Source: Chloroflexota bacterium
GTDB taxonomy: Bacteria > Chloroflexota > Dehalococcoidia > UBA2979
Direction of reading: 5' to 3'
Length of the DNA stretch: 64,000 bases
NCBI GenBank assembly: GCA_947470025.1
Contig: CANIRU010000001.1
Location: 7,331 to 71,330, forward strand
Positions 46,181 to 54,994 of the stretch are shown here, piece after piece. The notes below the pieces were generated by a model, which saw only the letters and a list, made by a program, of their open reading frames with translations, made no database searches and was not told the origin of the DNA. How positions within the stretch are numbered: position 1 is the stretch's first letter; each line of letters opens with the position of its first letter. A program made the translations under genes and the position numbers.

Positions 46181-46939
46181 CTAGTAGGCGCGTTCGCCGC
46201 CGTTGATGTGCAATGTCTGGCCGGTAATGAAGCTGCCGTGCTCGCCGCAGAGGAAGACGCACATCGCGGCGATCTCGTGCGTGCTGCCCTGGCGCCCGAC
46301 CGGGATGCGCTTCAGCCGAGCGGCGAGGCGGGGCGACAGCTCTTCCTCGCGCGTGTTGATGAGGCCGGGGACGATGCAGTTGGTGAGGATGCCGTGCGGC
46401 GCGAGTTCCTCGGACAGCGCGCGCGTCAGGCCGATCACGCCGACCTTCGCCGCAGAGATGTGCGCGCCCTCATGCCCGCCCTGGAACGCGGACAGGCCAC
46501 TGAAGTTGATGATGCGGCCCCAGCCGCGTTCCATCATCCCGGGCACCGCCGCCTTGGAGGCGATGAACGCGGCGTCGAGGTCGGTCGCGAGCACGCCGCG
46601 CCAGTCCTCGTACGTCATGTCGGTGAACGACTTACTCGGGCGCGTCGCCGCGTTGTTCACGACGATGTCGATGCCGCCGTACTCGCGCAGGCCCTCCGCA
46701 AGCATCGCCTCGAACGCACCTCGGTCGCCGACGTCCGCGATCATCGCGGTCGCGCGGCCGCCGTCGCGCCGGATGACCTCCGCGACGGCCTCGGCCTCGT
46801 CGCGATTGCTGCGGGCGTTCACGATCAGCGCCGCACCCGCACCTGCGAGCTCGAGGGCGATCGCCTTGCCGATGTTGCGGCCCGCGCCGGTGACGAGCGC
46901 CACCTTACCGTCGAGCTGCCCCGTGCTGAACTGCGTCAT
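46181..46939 (-). CDS. SDR-family oxidoreductase (FabG-like)
   Basis: TGAGRNIGKAIA, NNAA, and the YxxxK context are present. Confidence 0.95.
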   Translation of the reverse strand: MTQFSTGQLDGKVALVTGAGRNIGKAIALELAGAGAALIVNARSNRDEAEAVAEVIRRDGGRATAMIADVGDRGAFEAMLAEGLREYGGIDIVVNNAATRPSKSFTDMTYEDWRGVLATDLDAAFIASKAAVPGMMERGWGRIINFSGLSAFQGGHEGAHISAAKVGVIGLTRALSEELAPHGILTNCIVPGLINTREEELSPRLAARLKRIPVGRQGSTHEIAAMCVFLCGEHGSFITGQTLHINGGERAY

Positions 46940-47092
46940 CGCGATCCTCGATCCGTGCTCCGGCAGGCGTGCGCGAGCCCGCGCGCCGACACTGTGGCGC
47001 GCGGGCTCGATTGAGGCAATGGTGCCCGAACGTCGAGGCCCGGAGGTCTGAGCGGGGCGGGCCGGGTATTCCGAGCATGAGCCCCAAGACGA

Positions 47093-48256
47093 TTACCGCA
47101 CGAGGGTGACGGCGGTGTCGCTGGTGAACGACCGGATCTTCGCGATGAACGCGTCACGAATGAACGACGCGCCACCGATGATGAGCAACTGGTAGGCGCC
47201 AGATGCATCCTGCGCCCACACGCCCGTGGCATTCGCCGCGCGGGCGGCTGCCTCGAGCTGGGCGACGGTGCCGCCGCGGAACACGACGAGTGCCTGCCCG
47301 CTGGGCGCGTACACCACCGGGGCGGCGAAGTTGCCCGTCCCGCCGGTCGGCGGACTCACTGTGGTCGGGACCGACGTGGGTGTCGGAGCCGGCGCGGCGG
47401 TCGTGATGTTCACGGTTACCGTGTCGCTGACGATCTCGGGCGACCCGTCCGAGACGGCGACACGGAACTGGAGCGCCGACCCGGTCATCGGCGGTGCGAC
47501 AAAGCTCGTGCTGGCGCCGCCGTTCGAGGAGAGCGCGACCTGCGTGCCGGCTATCTGCGTCCAGTTGTAGGACAGGGCGGTGCTGTTCGGGCTGGACGCG
47601 GTCACGGTGAGGGTCACCTGCGCGTCCGGGCGGACGCTGAGGTCCGGGCCGGCATCGACGCTGAACATCTCGCGGTTCGTGGACAGGAATGCCTGACCCG
47701 CGTAGCCGTTCGAGGTCGTGATCGCCGGCAGTGCGATGTTCTCGAGCGTGTAGCTCCCGTCGAACGGCAGCGGACCGTTGTTGCTCAGTGCCAGGTGGAT
47801 GTGCGAGACACCGTTGTTGCCGGCCTCGCCCGGAGGGGCCACGGTGCCGAGACGCTGCCCGCGAATGATGTTCTTACCACGCAGCGTGGATGGGACGAGG
47901 ACGTGGCACATCATCACGGTGGTGCGTGCCGCGTCGCGGATGCTGATGCAACTCGTCGAGGCGTAGCCGACGGTACCGCTGATCGGCGCGAGCACGGCCG
48001 TGCCCGATGTCGCCGCGTCCGTGCGCTGCAGGTCGATCGCGTACGGGTCGTTGGAGTCCGCGACGGAGTGCGTCGCGGTGTTGTAGCCGGCGAGGATCGA
48101 CCACGCGGTCCCTTCCGGTGCCGGGAACGACAGACCGGCCGCTGCGGCCGCGGCGGGGCGTGCGAACAGCAGAGTAGTCGCCAGCGCGAGGAAGGTCGCC
48201 GCCACGGCGATCGTGTGGAGCTGTAAGAGACCGCGCCCGTGGCTTGATACGTGCAT
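47093..48256 (-). CDS. Secreted M23-family metallopeptidase with PKD domain and a C-terminal domain shared with the giant LysM protein
   Basis: Signal peptide. DPYAIDL...GTAVLAPISGTVGY...NNGVSHIHLAL (HxxxD / HxH-like). PKD segment LSYNWTQIAGTQV. The C-terminus ALVVFRGGTVAQLEAAARAANATGVWAQDASGAYQLLIIGGASFIRDAF is shared with the giant LysM protein. Confidence 0.7.
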   Translation of the reverse strand: MHVSSHGRGLLQLHTIAVAATFLALATTLLFARPAAAAAAGLSFPAPEGTAWSILAGYNTATHSVADSNDPYAIDLQRTDAATSGTAVLAPISGTVGYASTSCISIRDAARTTVMMCHVLVPSTLRGKNIIRGQRLGTVAPPGEAGNNGVSHIHLALSNNGPLPFDGSYTLENIALPAITTSNGYAGQAFLSTNREMFSVDAGPDLSVRPDAQVTLTVTASSPNSTALSYNWTQIAGTQVALSSNGGASTSFVAPPMTGSALQFRVAVSDGSPEIVSDTVTVNITTAAPAPTPTSVPTTVSPPTGGTGNFAAPVVYAPSGQALVVFRGGTVAQLEAAARAANATGVWAQDASGAYQLLIIGGASFIRDAFIAKIRSFTSDTAVTLVR

Positions 48257-48341
48257 CGTGGATGCCCCCTAGTCGGCACCCGATGCGCCGTACACCAAAT
48301 TGAACGCGATCAGGCATGAATCGTTCGTCCCAGCGGCGCTG

Positions 48342-51080
48342 CTAGCGAACGGGATTCATCTTGATCCAGGCGTCGATGATCGCGCGTGCGACGGGGCCGG
48401 CCTGTGTTGAACCTGCCCCACCACGCTCTTTCACGACCACCACCGCGATGGTCGGCTTCTCAGCAGGCGCGAATGCGATGAATAGTGCATCCGATGATTC
48501 ACCCGGGGCGACCTCTGCAGAGCCGGTCTTGGCGGCGACGTTGATGCCGGGGATTGCCGCCGTCGCGGCCCAGCCGTCGGTCGTGCCGCGCACCATCATC
48601 TGGGTGACCAGGCGCGCGGTCTCCGGCGACATCGCGCTGCGCCAGGCGCCCGGTGGGTCGTTCAGGAACAGGCGCGGTCGAGGCACCACGCCGCCGTTCG
48701 CGATCGCTGCCGTCGCAAGGCCGAGCTCGAGGGGGCTGATCTGCAGCTGGCCCTGCCCGTACGCCGAGGCGGCGAGCCCGGCGTTCGAGGAGAGGAACTT
48801 CTGGTCGGTGCTGAGACGGCCGGTGCTCGTGGGCAGCGCGAACGGCGGCGCCTCGGTCAGTCCGAGCGCCTGCGACATTGCGCGCAGCTTCGCCTCGCCG
48901 ACGCGGACGCCGAGCTGCGCGAAGTAGGTGTTGCACGAGTACGCGTAGGCATCGGCGGCGGTCTTCGTCTGCTTGCCGGGCGGCTCGTTGTTGCTCGTGA
49001 CCTTCGAGCCGTCGATCACGACTTCCTTCGGGCAGGTCGCCGCGTCCTCGGGCTTCACCAGCCCCGCCTCGACGGCGGCGGCGAGCGTCACGGTCTTGAA
49101 TGTCGAGCCAGGGGTGTAGAGACCCTGCGTCACGCGGTTGAGCAGCGGGCTCTTCGGGTCGTTGAGCAGCCGGGTCCATTCCTCCTCGCCGAAGCTCGGG
49201 TTGAACGTCGGGTTGCTGATCAGCGCGAGAATGTCGCCGGTCCGCGGGTCGATCGCGACCGCGGCGCCGATGCTGTTCCCCATCGCCGCTGCTGCCGTCC
49301 GCTGCAGGCGATTGTCGAGGGTGAGGCGCACGTCGGTGCCCGCGCGCGGGACGTGCAGCAGGTCGCGCCATGTGTCGGCGGGGGTGGTGGTGGTGCGGCC
49401 CATCAAGGTGTCGGACACGGCTGCCTCGGCGCCTGAAGTGCCGAAGCGCGGCGAGGTGAAGCCCAGAGCGTGGACCGCGCTCGGGTCGGTGTAGCGCCGC
49501 AGCGCGCCCGCGGGGCTGAGCACCGTGTCCGCCAGCACTGTGCCGTTGCGGTCGAGCAACCGTCCACGCTCGACGCGCACCGCCTCGAGGTTCAGCCGCT
49601 CGCCGCCGACGCGCGGGTCGTTCGCCAGATCGGGCCGCGCCACCTGCCAGTACCCGAGCCCTGCCGCGATCGCGACGAACCCGGCGAGGAGCGCGTAGGC
49701 GATGTGCTGCGTGCGCCGGACAGCATCGCCAGCCTCGGGGGTGAAGCGCGCAGAGGGCGTCTCTCCGGTGCGCGACATCAGCGCGAGGATCACCCACGCC
49801 ATCAGCATCGAGCTGCCGCCGTAACTGACAAACGGGCTCGTCACGCCGGTGAGCGGCAGCATCCGCAGCACGCCCGCCGACACGACGATGATCTGCACGC
49901 CGACGCTCAGTGCGAGCCCCGCACCCAGGTACTGCTCAAACCGCGAGTCGGAGAACTGCGCGCGCGTCAGCCCTCGCGCCACGAACAGCCCGTAGAGGAG
50001 CACGACGGCGAGCGAGCCGACGAGCCCCCACTCCTCGCCGATCACGGCGAGCGGGTAGTCGGTGTGCGCGGCGGGGATGACCCCGGGGAAGCCGTACCCC
50101 GGCCCGCTGCCGATCACGCCGCCGAAGACGAAGCCTCCGATCGCTTGCAGCGACTGGTACCCGACGCCCCGTGCGTCCGCCCACGGATCGATCCACGCGG
50201 TGATGCGCGTGTGCACGTGCGCCGACGCGGTGTACGCCAGCGGTGCGAGGACCACGAACCCGACGAATGCGAGCGCGATCGCATCGCGCCGCCCGGTGGC
50301 GATGTACAGCATGCCGAGGAACGCCGCGACGAAGAGGATCGCGGGGCCGAAGTCGCGCTGCGCGGCGACAGCGAGCAGGCTGAGCGCCACCATCCCCAGC
50401 AGCGGCAGCCAGTACACCCTCGACGGGATGTCGAGACGGCCGATGCGACCGAGGTTGGTGCGTGCCGCGGTCAGCAGATGGCCGCGCTCGCTCAGGTACG
50501 TCGCGATGAACGCGATCAGCGCGATGCGCAGCACCTCGCCCGGTTGGATCGTGAGCGGGCCGACGCGCAGCCAGATGCGCGTGCCGCTGCCGTTCACGTC
50601 GTCGGCGAGGAACAGCGTGGACAGCACTGCGAGGATCGCGAGGCCCAGCCACAGCGTGCGGAAGCGCCGCATCCACGACAGCAGCGGCGGGAACCCGACG
50701 AGCACGATGAACAGCGCCCATCCGAGCGTGATCCAGAGCACCTGTACGTTCAGCCTGGTCGGCTGCACGCGCGCGATCACCGCGAGGCCCATCGCGCACA
50801 GCATCCAGACGGGCGACAGCAGCAGGGGGTCCCACGTGCGCCGCATCGCGCGCATGAGTAGCGGCGTGACGAGCGGCAGCAGCGCCGCCAGCAGCACGGC
50901 GCGCTCGAGGTCGTTCGGCGGCGCGGTGCGCGTGGTCAGGACGACGGACATCGGCGCCGCGACGAGGACCAGCGCGGGCAGCAGCCACAGCACGACGGTG
51001 TACCGGCGCGGCCGCCTCACCGTCGCGATCGTGGAGGCGGCGAACGAGCCGCCCTCGAATGAACCAGGCAGCGCCGTCAT
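48342..51080 (-). CDS. Natural fusion of SEDS glycosyltransferase (RodA/FtsW) and class B PBP transpeptidase (PBP2/PbpA)
   Basis: True start MTALPGSFEGG... at 51080, giving 912 aa; the upstream part of listed ORF 48342..51707 reads through the FHA gene in another frame. The N-terminal half has at least 10 TM segments with the SEDS motif HTDYPLAVIGEEWGLVGSL. The C-terminal half has STFK (SxxK), SCN (SxN) and KTGS. Confidence 0.85.
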   Translation of the reverse strand: MTALPGSFEGGSFAASTIATVRRPRRYTVVLWLLPALVLVAAPMSVVLTTRTAPPNDLERAVLLAALLPLVTPLLMRAMRRTWDPLLLSPVWMLCAMGLAVIARVQPTRLNVQVLWITLGWALFIVLVGFPPLLSWMRRFRTLWLGLAILAVLSTLFLADDVNGSGTRIWLRVGPLTIQPGEVLRIALIAFIATYLSERGHLLTAARTNLGRIGRLDIPSRVYWLPLLGMVALSLLAVAAQRDFGPAILFVAAFLGMLYIATGRRDAIALAFVGFVVLAPLAYTASAHVHTRITAWIDPWADARGVGYQSLQAIGGFVFGGVIGSGPGYGFPGVIPAAHTDYPLAVIGEEWGLVGSLAVVLLYGLFVARGLTRAQFSDSRFEQYLGAGLALSVGVQIIVVSAGVLRMLPLTGVTSPFVSYGGSSMLMAWVILALMSRTGETPSARFTPEAGDAVRRTQHIAYALLAGFVAIAAGLGYWQVARPDLANDPRVGGERLNLEAVRVERGRLLDRNGTVLADTVLSPAGALRRYTDPSAVHALGFTSPRFGTSGAEAAVSDTLMGRTTTTPADTWRDLLHVPRAGTDVRLTLDNRLQRTAAAAMGNSIGAAVAIDPRTGDILALISNPTFNPSFGEEEWTRLLNDPKSPLLNRVTQGLYTPGSTFKTVTLAAAVEAGLVKPEDAATCPKEVVIDGSKVTSNNEPPGKQTKTAADAYAYSCNTYFAQLGVRVGEAKLRAMSQALGLTEAPPFALPTSTGRLSTDQKFLSSNAGLAASAYGQGQLQISPLELGLATAAIANGGVVPRPRLFLNDPPGAWRSAMSPETARLVTQMMVRGTTDGWAATAAIPGINVAAKTGSAEVAPGESSDALFIAFAPAEKPTIAVVVVKERGGAGSTQAGPVARAIIDAWIKMNPVR

Positions 51081-51646
51081 CGCGCGCCGTTCTTCGCCGT
51101 GTCGCGGACAAGGCGCGCGACCACCGGGCCGAAGCGCACCTCGGTCGACGGGTCGAGGCGCTCGCGCCCAGAGACGCGACGCGAACCGATGTAGGTGCCG
51201 TTCGTGGAACCGAGGTCCTCGACCCACCATGCGCCGCGGTCGGGGAAGACGCGCGCATGCCGAGAGGAGACCTGCCGCTCCGGCAGCACGATCGTGCTCC
51301 CTACATTGCGCCCGATGAGCGCCGGCCCGCGCAGCGCATACGAGCGCCCAGCGAGCCGCCCCGGCTCGCCACCCTCGCCGGTGTACTCGAGCACCTCGAG
51401 GTGATCGCCCACGCGCGCGGGCGCGTCGAGGGGAACGACCTCCACGAGTGCGGTGGGAGCAGACGCGGACGGAGTGGCGACCCCGTACGTGGGGAGAGCG
51501 ACCGCGTAGGGCATCGTGCGTGCGCGCACCTCGGCGCGGAGGGCGCGGATGGCGATCAGCAGGAAGAGGTACAGCGCCGCTGCCACGCCGATGCGCAGCC
51601 CGAGGAGCACCAGCGGCCAGTTGTCCTGCAGCATCCGCTCTCCCAC
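51077..51646 (-). CDS. FHA-domain membrane protein (FhaB/FipA-like)
   Basis: N-terminal TM, then GRNVGSTIVLPERQVSSRHARVFPDRGAWWVEDLGSTNGTYIG. Its TGA stop overlaps the ATG of the RodA-PBP fusion (ATGA). Confidence 0.85.
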   Translation of the reverse strand: MGERMLQDNWPLVLLGLRIGVAAALYLFLLIAIRALRAEVRARTMPYAVALPTYGVATPSASAPTALVEVVPLDAPARVGDHLEVLEYTGEGGEPGRLAGRSYALRGPALIGRNVGSTIVLPERQVSSRHARVFPDRGAWWVEDLGSTNGTYIGSRRVSGRERLDPSTEVRFGPVVARLVRDTAKNGAR

Positions 51647-51766
51647 ACCAACCGATGGGCGCCCCCGCAGCGGCTATGATCGGTGGAACCAGTGTCGCAC
51701 AGGCCAACGGGACGACCGTTGCGATCCCGAGTTGGTCTGGCCAGCGTTGGTTTGGCGGGAGTACAC

Positions 51767-53005
51767 GTGACCGCGGACGGCGACCTCATCGGGCGGCGCT
51801 ACCGGATCGGGCGGTTCGACCGCGCCGTCGGTTCGCTGCGCCGCGCGCCGGGCACGGACACGCGCCTCGACCGCCCCGTCCTGATCTGGATGAGCGAGAC
51901 GAGCGGCGCCGACGAGGATGCGCTGCTCGAGGTCGCGCGCACCGTCGGCCAATCGGCCTCCTCGACCTTCCTTCGCATCCTCGACGTCGCGTACGAGGAC
52001 GAGGGCGTCGCGGTGATCCTCGAGTCCGCCGGCGGTTCGCTGGCGGAGGCGGATGGCCTCGTGCCGATCGAGCTGCGCTCGGCGGCCCAACTGCTGGAAG
52101 CCGTCGACCGCGCCGCCGAGGACACCGAGCTCGTCCCGACGCGGGCCGCACGCATCGACATCTTCTCGGCGGGTGGCGAGGTGATCGTCGACCCGATCGC
52201 GCTGTTCCTTCCCGTCGTGCCCGGCGAGCGCGAGATCCCCGCGGACGTCCTCCGCGAACGCCTGGCCGCGTTGCTCATCGAGCACGCCGAGGATGGCACC
52301 ACGCTCGCGCAGGCGCTGACCGAGGATGCTGCGTCTGGCACACGCGTTGCCGCCCGCGCTCGGGGCGCCCTCGTCGGTGCGGGAGCTCGTGTCCCGTACG
52401 TCGACGACGAACCGACGGTCGCATTTACGGCGCCACCGCCACCGCCCGTATCCACCCCCACACCGCGCGCCACCCCCATGCCGATCTCGCCGCCGACGGA
52501 CGAGGGCGTCGAGGCGTTCGAGCCGGCGCCGGAGCCCGCGTCGACCGCCGAGGTCGTCGCGCCGAAGCTTCGTCGAGCCGCGCTGCCGTGGCGGGTGTTC
52601 GTGCCGCTGTATACCGGGCTCGCCGTCGTCGTCCTCGGCGCGCTGTTCTTCGCGCTGCGTTCGCCGGACGGGACGCCGACGGCCACGCCCACGACCGCGG
52701 CCGGCCAGCAGTCCGGCCCGCCCGCGGTCGCACCGGTCGCCGGACACGTCACGGTCGGCCTTGTGGCGACCGAGGACAGCGCCGTGCGCGTGACGGTCGA
52801 CGGCGTCGTGCAGTTCGACGGCACGCTGGCTTCCGGGCAGAAGCAGTCCTATGACGGCAAGCAGCGCATCGACGTGTGGACGGACAAGGGCAAGACGCTG
52901 AACATCGCGATCAACGGCAAGAACGTGGGTCCGTACTCGCCCGCGATGGGCCACGCCGACTGGAACCGCATCGACTTCTCGTTCTGGCCGGGCTGGACGC
53001 CATGA
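51767..53005 (+). CDS. Pseudokinase - TM - RodZ C-terminal-like (DUF4115-like) fusion protein
   Basis: A GTG at 51767 after ggcgggag; the ORF track starts at 51683. The N-terminus has kinase N-lobe-like RYRIGRFDRAVGSL...DTRLDRPVLIWM with no VAIK Lys and no HRD/DFG. TM: LPWRVFVPLYTGLAVVVLGALFFAL. The C-terminus VRVTVDGVVQFDGTLASGQKQSYDGKQRIDVWTDKGKTLNIAINGKNVG resembles the RodZ periplasmic domain. Confidence 0.5.
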   Translation: MTADGDLIGRRYRIGRFDRAVGSLRRAPGTDTRLDRPVLIWMSETSGADEDALLEVARTVGQSASSTFLRILDVAYEDEGVAVILESAGGSLAEADGLVPIELRSAAQLLEAVDRAAEDTELVPTRAARIDIFSAGGEVIVDPIALFLPVVPGEREIPADVLRERLAALLIEHAEDGTTLAQALTEDAASGTRVAARARGALVGAGARVPYVDDEPTVAFTAPPPPPVSTPTPRATPMPISPPTDEGVEAFEPAPEPASTAEVVAPKLRRAALPWRVFVPLYTGLAVVVLGALFFALRSPDGTPTATPTTAAGQQSGPPAVAPVAGHVTVGLVATEDSAVRVTVDGVVQFDGTLASGQKQSYDGKQRIDVWTDKGKTLNIAINGKNVGPYSPAMGHADWNRIDFSFWPGWTP

Positions 53006-53562
53006 TCGCCCTCGGCATCCTCGTCGAGGATCGCTACGTGCTCGGCGCGACGATCGCCATCGGCGGCGCGTGCACGATCACGCGCGCGCACGACACGCGG
53101 CTGGGCCGCGACATCGCGATCAAACGCGCACGCACGGCGGACGTGGCCTCGGCTGCCCGCCTGCGGATCGAAGCGTCAATGCTCGCGCGCTGCGCGCACC
53201 CAGGCGTCGTGTCGTGCCTCGACCTGATCGAGGACCTCGAAGGCGCGCCCGCACTCGTGCTGCAGCTTGTCGAGGGCGCCAACCTCGCGCAGCACGCCGC
53301 ACGCGGCCCGATCGACGAGCCGGTCGTGCGTACCTGGATCGACGAGGTCACGAGCACAGTCGAGCACCTGCACGCGCGAGGCGTCGTGCACGGCGACCTC
53401 AAGCCGGCGAACGTGATGATCACCACCAGCGGCTGCGCGATCCTCGTCGACTTCGACCGCGCCCGCGACGCCTCGCCCGAGGCGATCGAGCACGAGCGGC
53501 GCGCGCTGGACGCGCTGCGATCCTGGCTCCTCGGACGGTTCGAGGCGCCTGCCGCCGACTAG
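53002..53562 (+). CDS. Short (186 aa) non-RD Ser/Thr protein-kinase-like protein lacking the C-lobe
   Basis: ATGA overlap with the upstream gene. IAIKRA (VAIK), HGDLKPANV (catalytic loop), ILVDFD (DFG-like). It stops about 25 aa later, and the cupin gene begins 8 bp downstream on the other strand. Confidence 0.6.
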   Translation: MIALGILVEDRYVLGATIAIGGACTITRAHDTRLGRDIAIKRARTADVASAARLRIEASMLARCAHPGVVSCLDLIEDLEGAPALVLQLVEGANLAQHAARGPIDEPVVRTWIDEVTSTVEHLHARGVVHGDLKPANVMITTSGCAILVDFDRARDASPEAIEHERRALDALRSWLLGRFEAPAAD

Positions 53563-53569
53563 TCGGCCG

Positions 53570-53959
53570 CTACTCCCCGAGGTTCACGACAATGTTGTCG
53601 GGCGTGCGCACCAGCACGGCCTCGTACAGTTCGTCGTACGGGTTCTCCTCGATGTGGTGGATGTGCGGCGGAACCCAGATGAAGTCGCCGGGCTCCGCCT
53701 CCACGAACTCCGTGAAGCCCTCGCCGAAGTAGACGCGGAGGCGCCCCTTCAGCACGTACACGCCGGTCTCCGCTTCGCCGTGGTGGTGCGGCGGGCCCTT
53801 CTCGTTGGGCGCGGCGGTGACGTAGCCCATCCACAACCTCGACGCGCCGACGGTGTCCGGCGTAACGCCGGGGAAGCGCTCCATGCCCCGCGTCTGGATC
53901 GTCGTGTCTGAGGCTTGCCTTCGCACGATGCGCGGGCGGTCTTGAGGTGGCGTGGTCAT
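53570..53959 (-). CDS. Cupin-domain protein
   Basis: PHHHGEAETGVYVLKGRLRVYFGEG...GDFIWVPPHIHHIEEN. The rest of listed ORF 53570..54898 is antisense to the AKR gene. Confidence 0.75.
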   Translation of the reverse strand: MTTPPQDRPRIVRRQASDTTIQTRGMERFPGVTPDTVGASRLWMGYVTAAPNEKGPPHHHGEAETGVYVLKGRLRVYFGEGFTEFVEAEPGDFIWVPPHIHHIEENPYDELYEAVLVRTPDNIVVNLGE

Positions 53960-54073
53960 CGAAGTTCCCTTCCCGCCCGCGGCGGATCGCTCACATGCTA
54001 CCGCTACGATGCATCTGGATCGGGCTCCGCCCGGGTGCACGCGCATTACTGGCCTACTCGTGGAGGCACACCG

Positions 54074-54991
54074 ATGGTCGAGACCACTCTGCCCACGCGC
54101 ATCCTCGGGCGGACCGGGCTCGAGGTGTCGAAGCTGGGTTATGGCACCGTGGAGCTGCGCAACGCGCGGCCCGAAGCGCGGCGCGTGACGGACACCGTCG
54201 CGGGCGAACTGCTGAACGCCGTCCTCGACGCGGGCATCACGTTCATCGACACGTCGCCGGACTACGGACTCGCCGAGGAGATGATCGGACGCTTCATCGC
54301 GCACCGCCGCGAGGAGTACTACCTCGCGTCGAAGTGCGCGTGCCCGATGGTGGAGGGCGGCGCGCACGACTACTCGCGCGAGAACGTGATCGCGAACGTC
54401 GAGCAGAGCCTCCGCCGCATGAACACGGATTACCTCGACCTCGTGCAATTCCACGGACGGCCCGCGCTCGCGGAGCTCCAGCGCACGGGCGCGATCGAGG
54501 CCCTCGAGGAGCTGCGTCGCGCCGGGAAGGTGCGCCACATCGGTGCGTCGGCTTGGGGCACGGACCTCGACGAGCTGATCGCCACCGGCACGTTCGACGC
54601 GTTCCAGATCCCATACTCGCTGCTGGAGCGCGCGAACGAGGATCGCATCAGCGCCGCCGCGCACGCCGAGGCAGGCACGATCATCCGAGGCGGCGCGGCG
54701 CGCGGTGCGCCCGCGGACGACAAGAACTGGGCGGTCACCTCGGCCGCGGTGTCGGGCGAGCAGGCGCAGAGCATCTGGCAGCGCGCGGGTCTCGACGACC
54801 TCCTCGACGGCACGTCGAGGATGGAGTTCACGCTGCGCTTCACGCTCACGCACCCCGACCTGCACACGACGATTGTCGGCACCAGCCGCCTCGAGCACCT
54901 GCAGGACAACGTGGCGGTGCTCCGCAAGGGGCCGTTGCCGCGCGACATCTACACCGAGGCGAAGCGCCGCCTCGACGCCGTCAGGGGCTAG
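54074..54991 (+). CDS. Aldo/keto reductase
   Basis: MVETTLPTRILGRTGLEVSKLGYGTVEL...FIDTSPDYG... Confidence 0.9.
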   Translation: MVETTLPTRILGRTGLEVSKLGYGTVELRNARPEARRVTDTVAGELLNAVLDAGITFIDTSPDYGLAEEMIGRFIAHRREEYYLASKCACPMVEGGAHDYSRENVIANVEQSLRRMNTDYLDLVQFHGRPALAELQRTGAIEALEELRRAGKVRHIGASAWGTDLDELIATGTFDAFQIPYSLLERANEDRISAAAHAEAGTIIRGGAARGAPADDKNWAVTSAAVSGEQAQSIWQRAGLDDLLDGTSRMEFTLRFTLTHPDLHTTIVGTSRLEHLQDNVAVLRKGPLPRDIYTEAKRRLDAVRG

Positions 54992-54994
54992 CGA

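Noticed and set aside
49470-51258. 463-aa + ORF and 440-aa minus ORF within the RodA-PBP gene
   Set aside because: Shadow frames with RG/DE-rich translations.
48342-51707. First ~209 aa of the 1121-aa ORF
   Set aside because: This N-terminal stretch overlaps the FHA gene in another frame and is Arg-rich junk. The real start of the RodA-PBP fusion is the ATG at 51080, ATGA-coupled to the FHA stop.
51674-52954. 426-aa minus ORF
   Set aside because: Antisense to the pseudokinase-RodZ-like gene.
53570-54898. 442-aa minus ORF as one gene
   Set aside because: Only the last 129 aa (53570..53959, cupin) are real. The remainder is antisense to the aldo/keto reductase.
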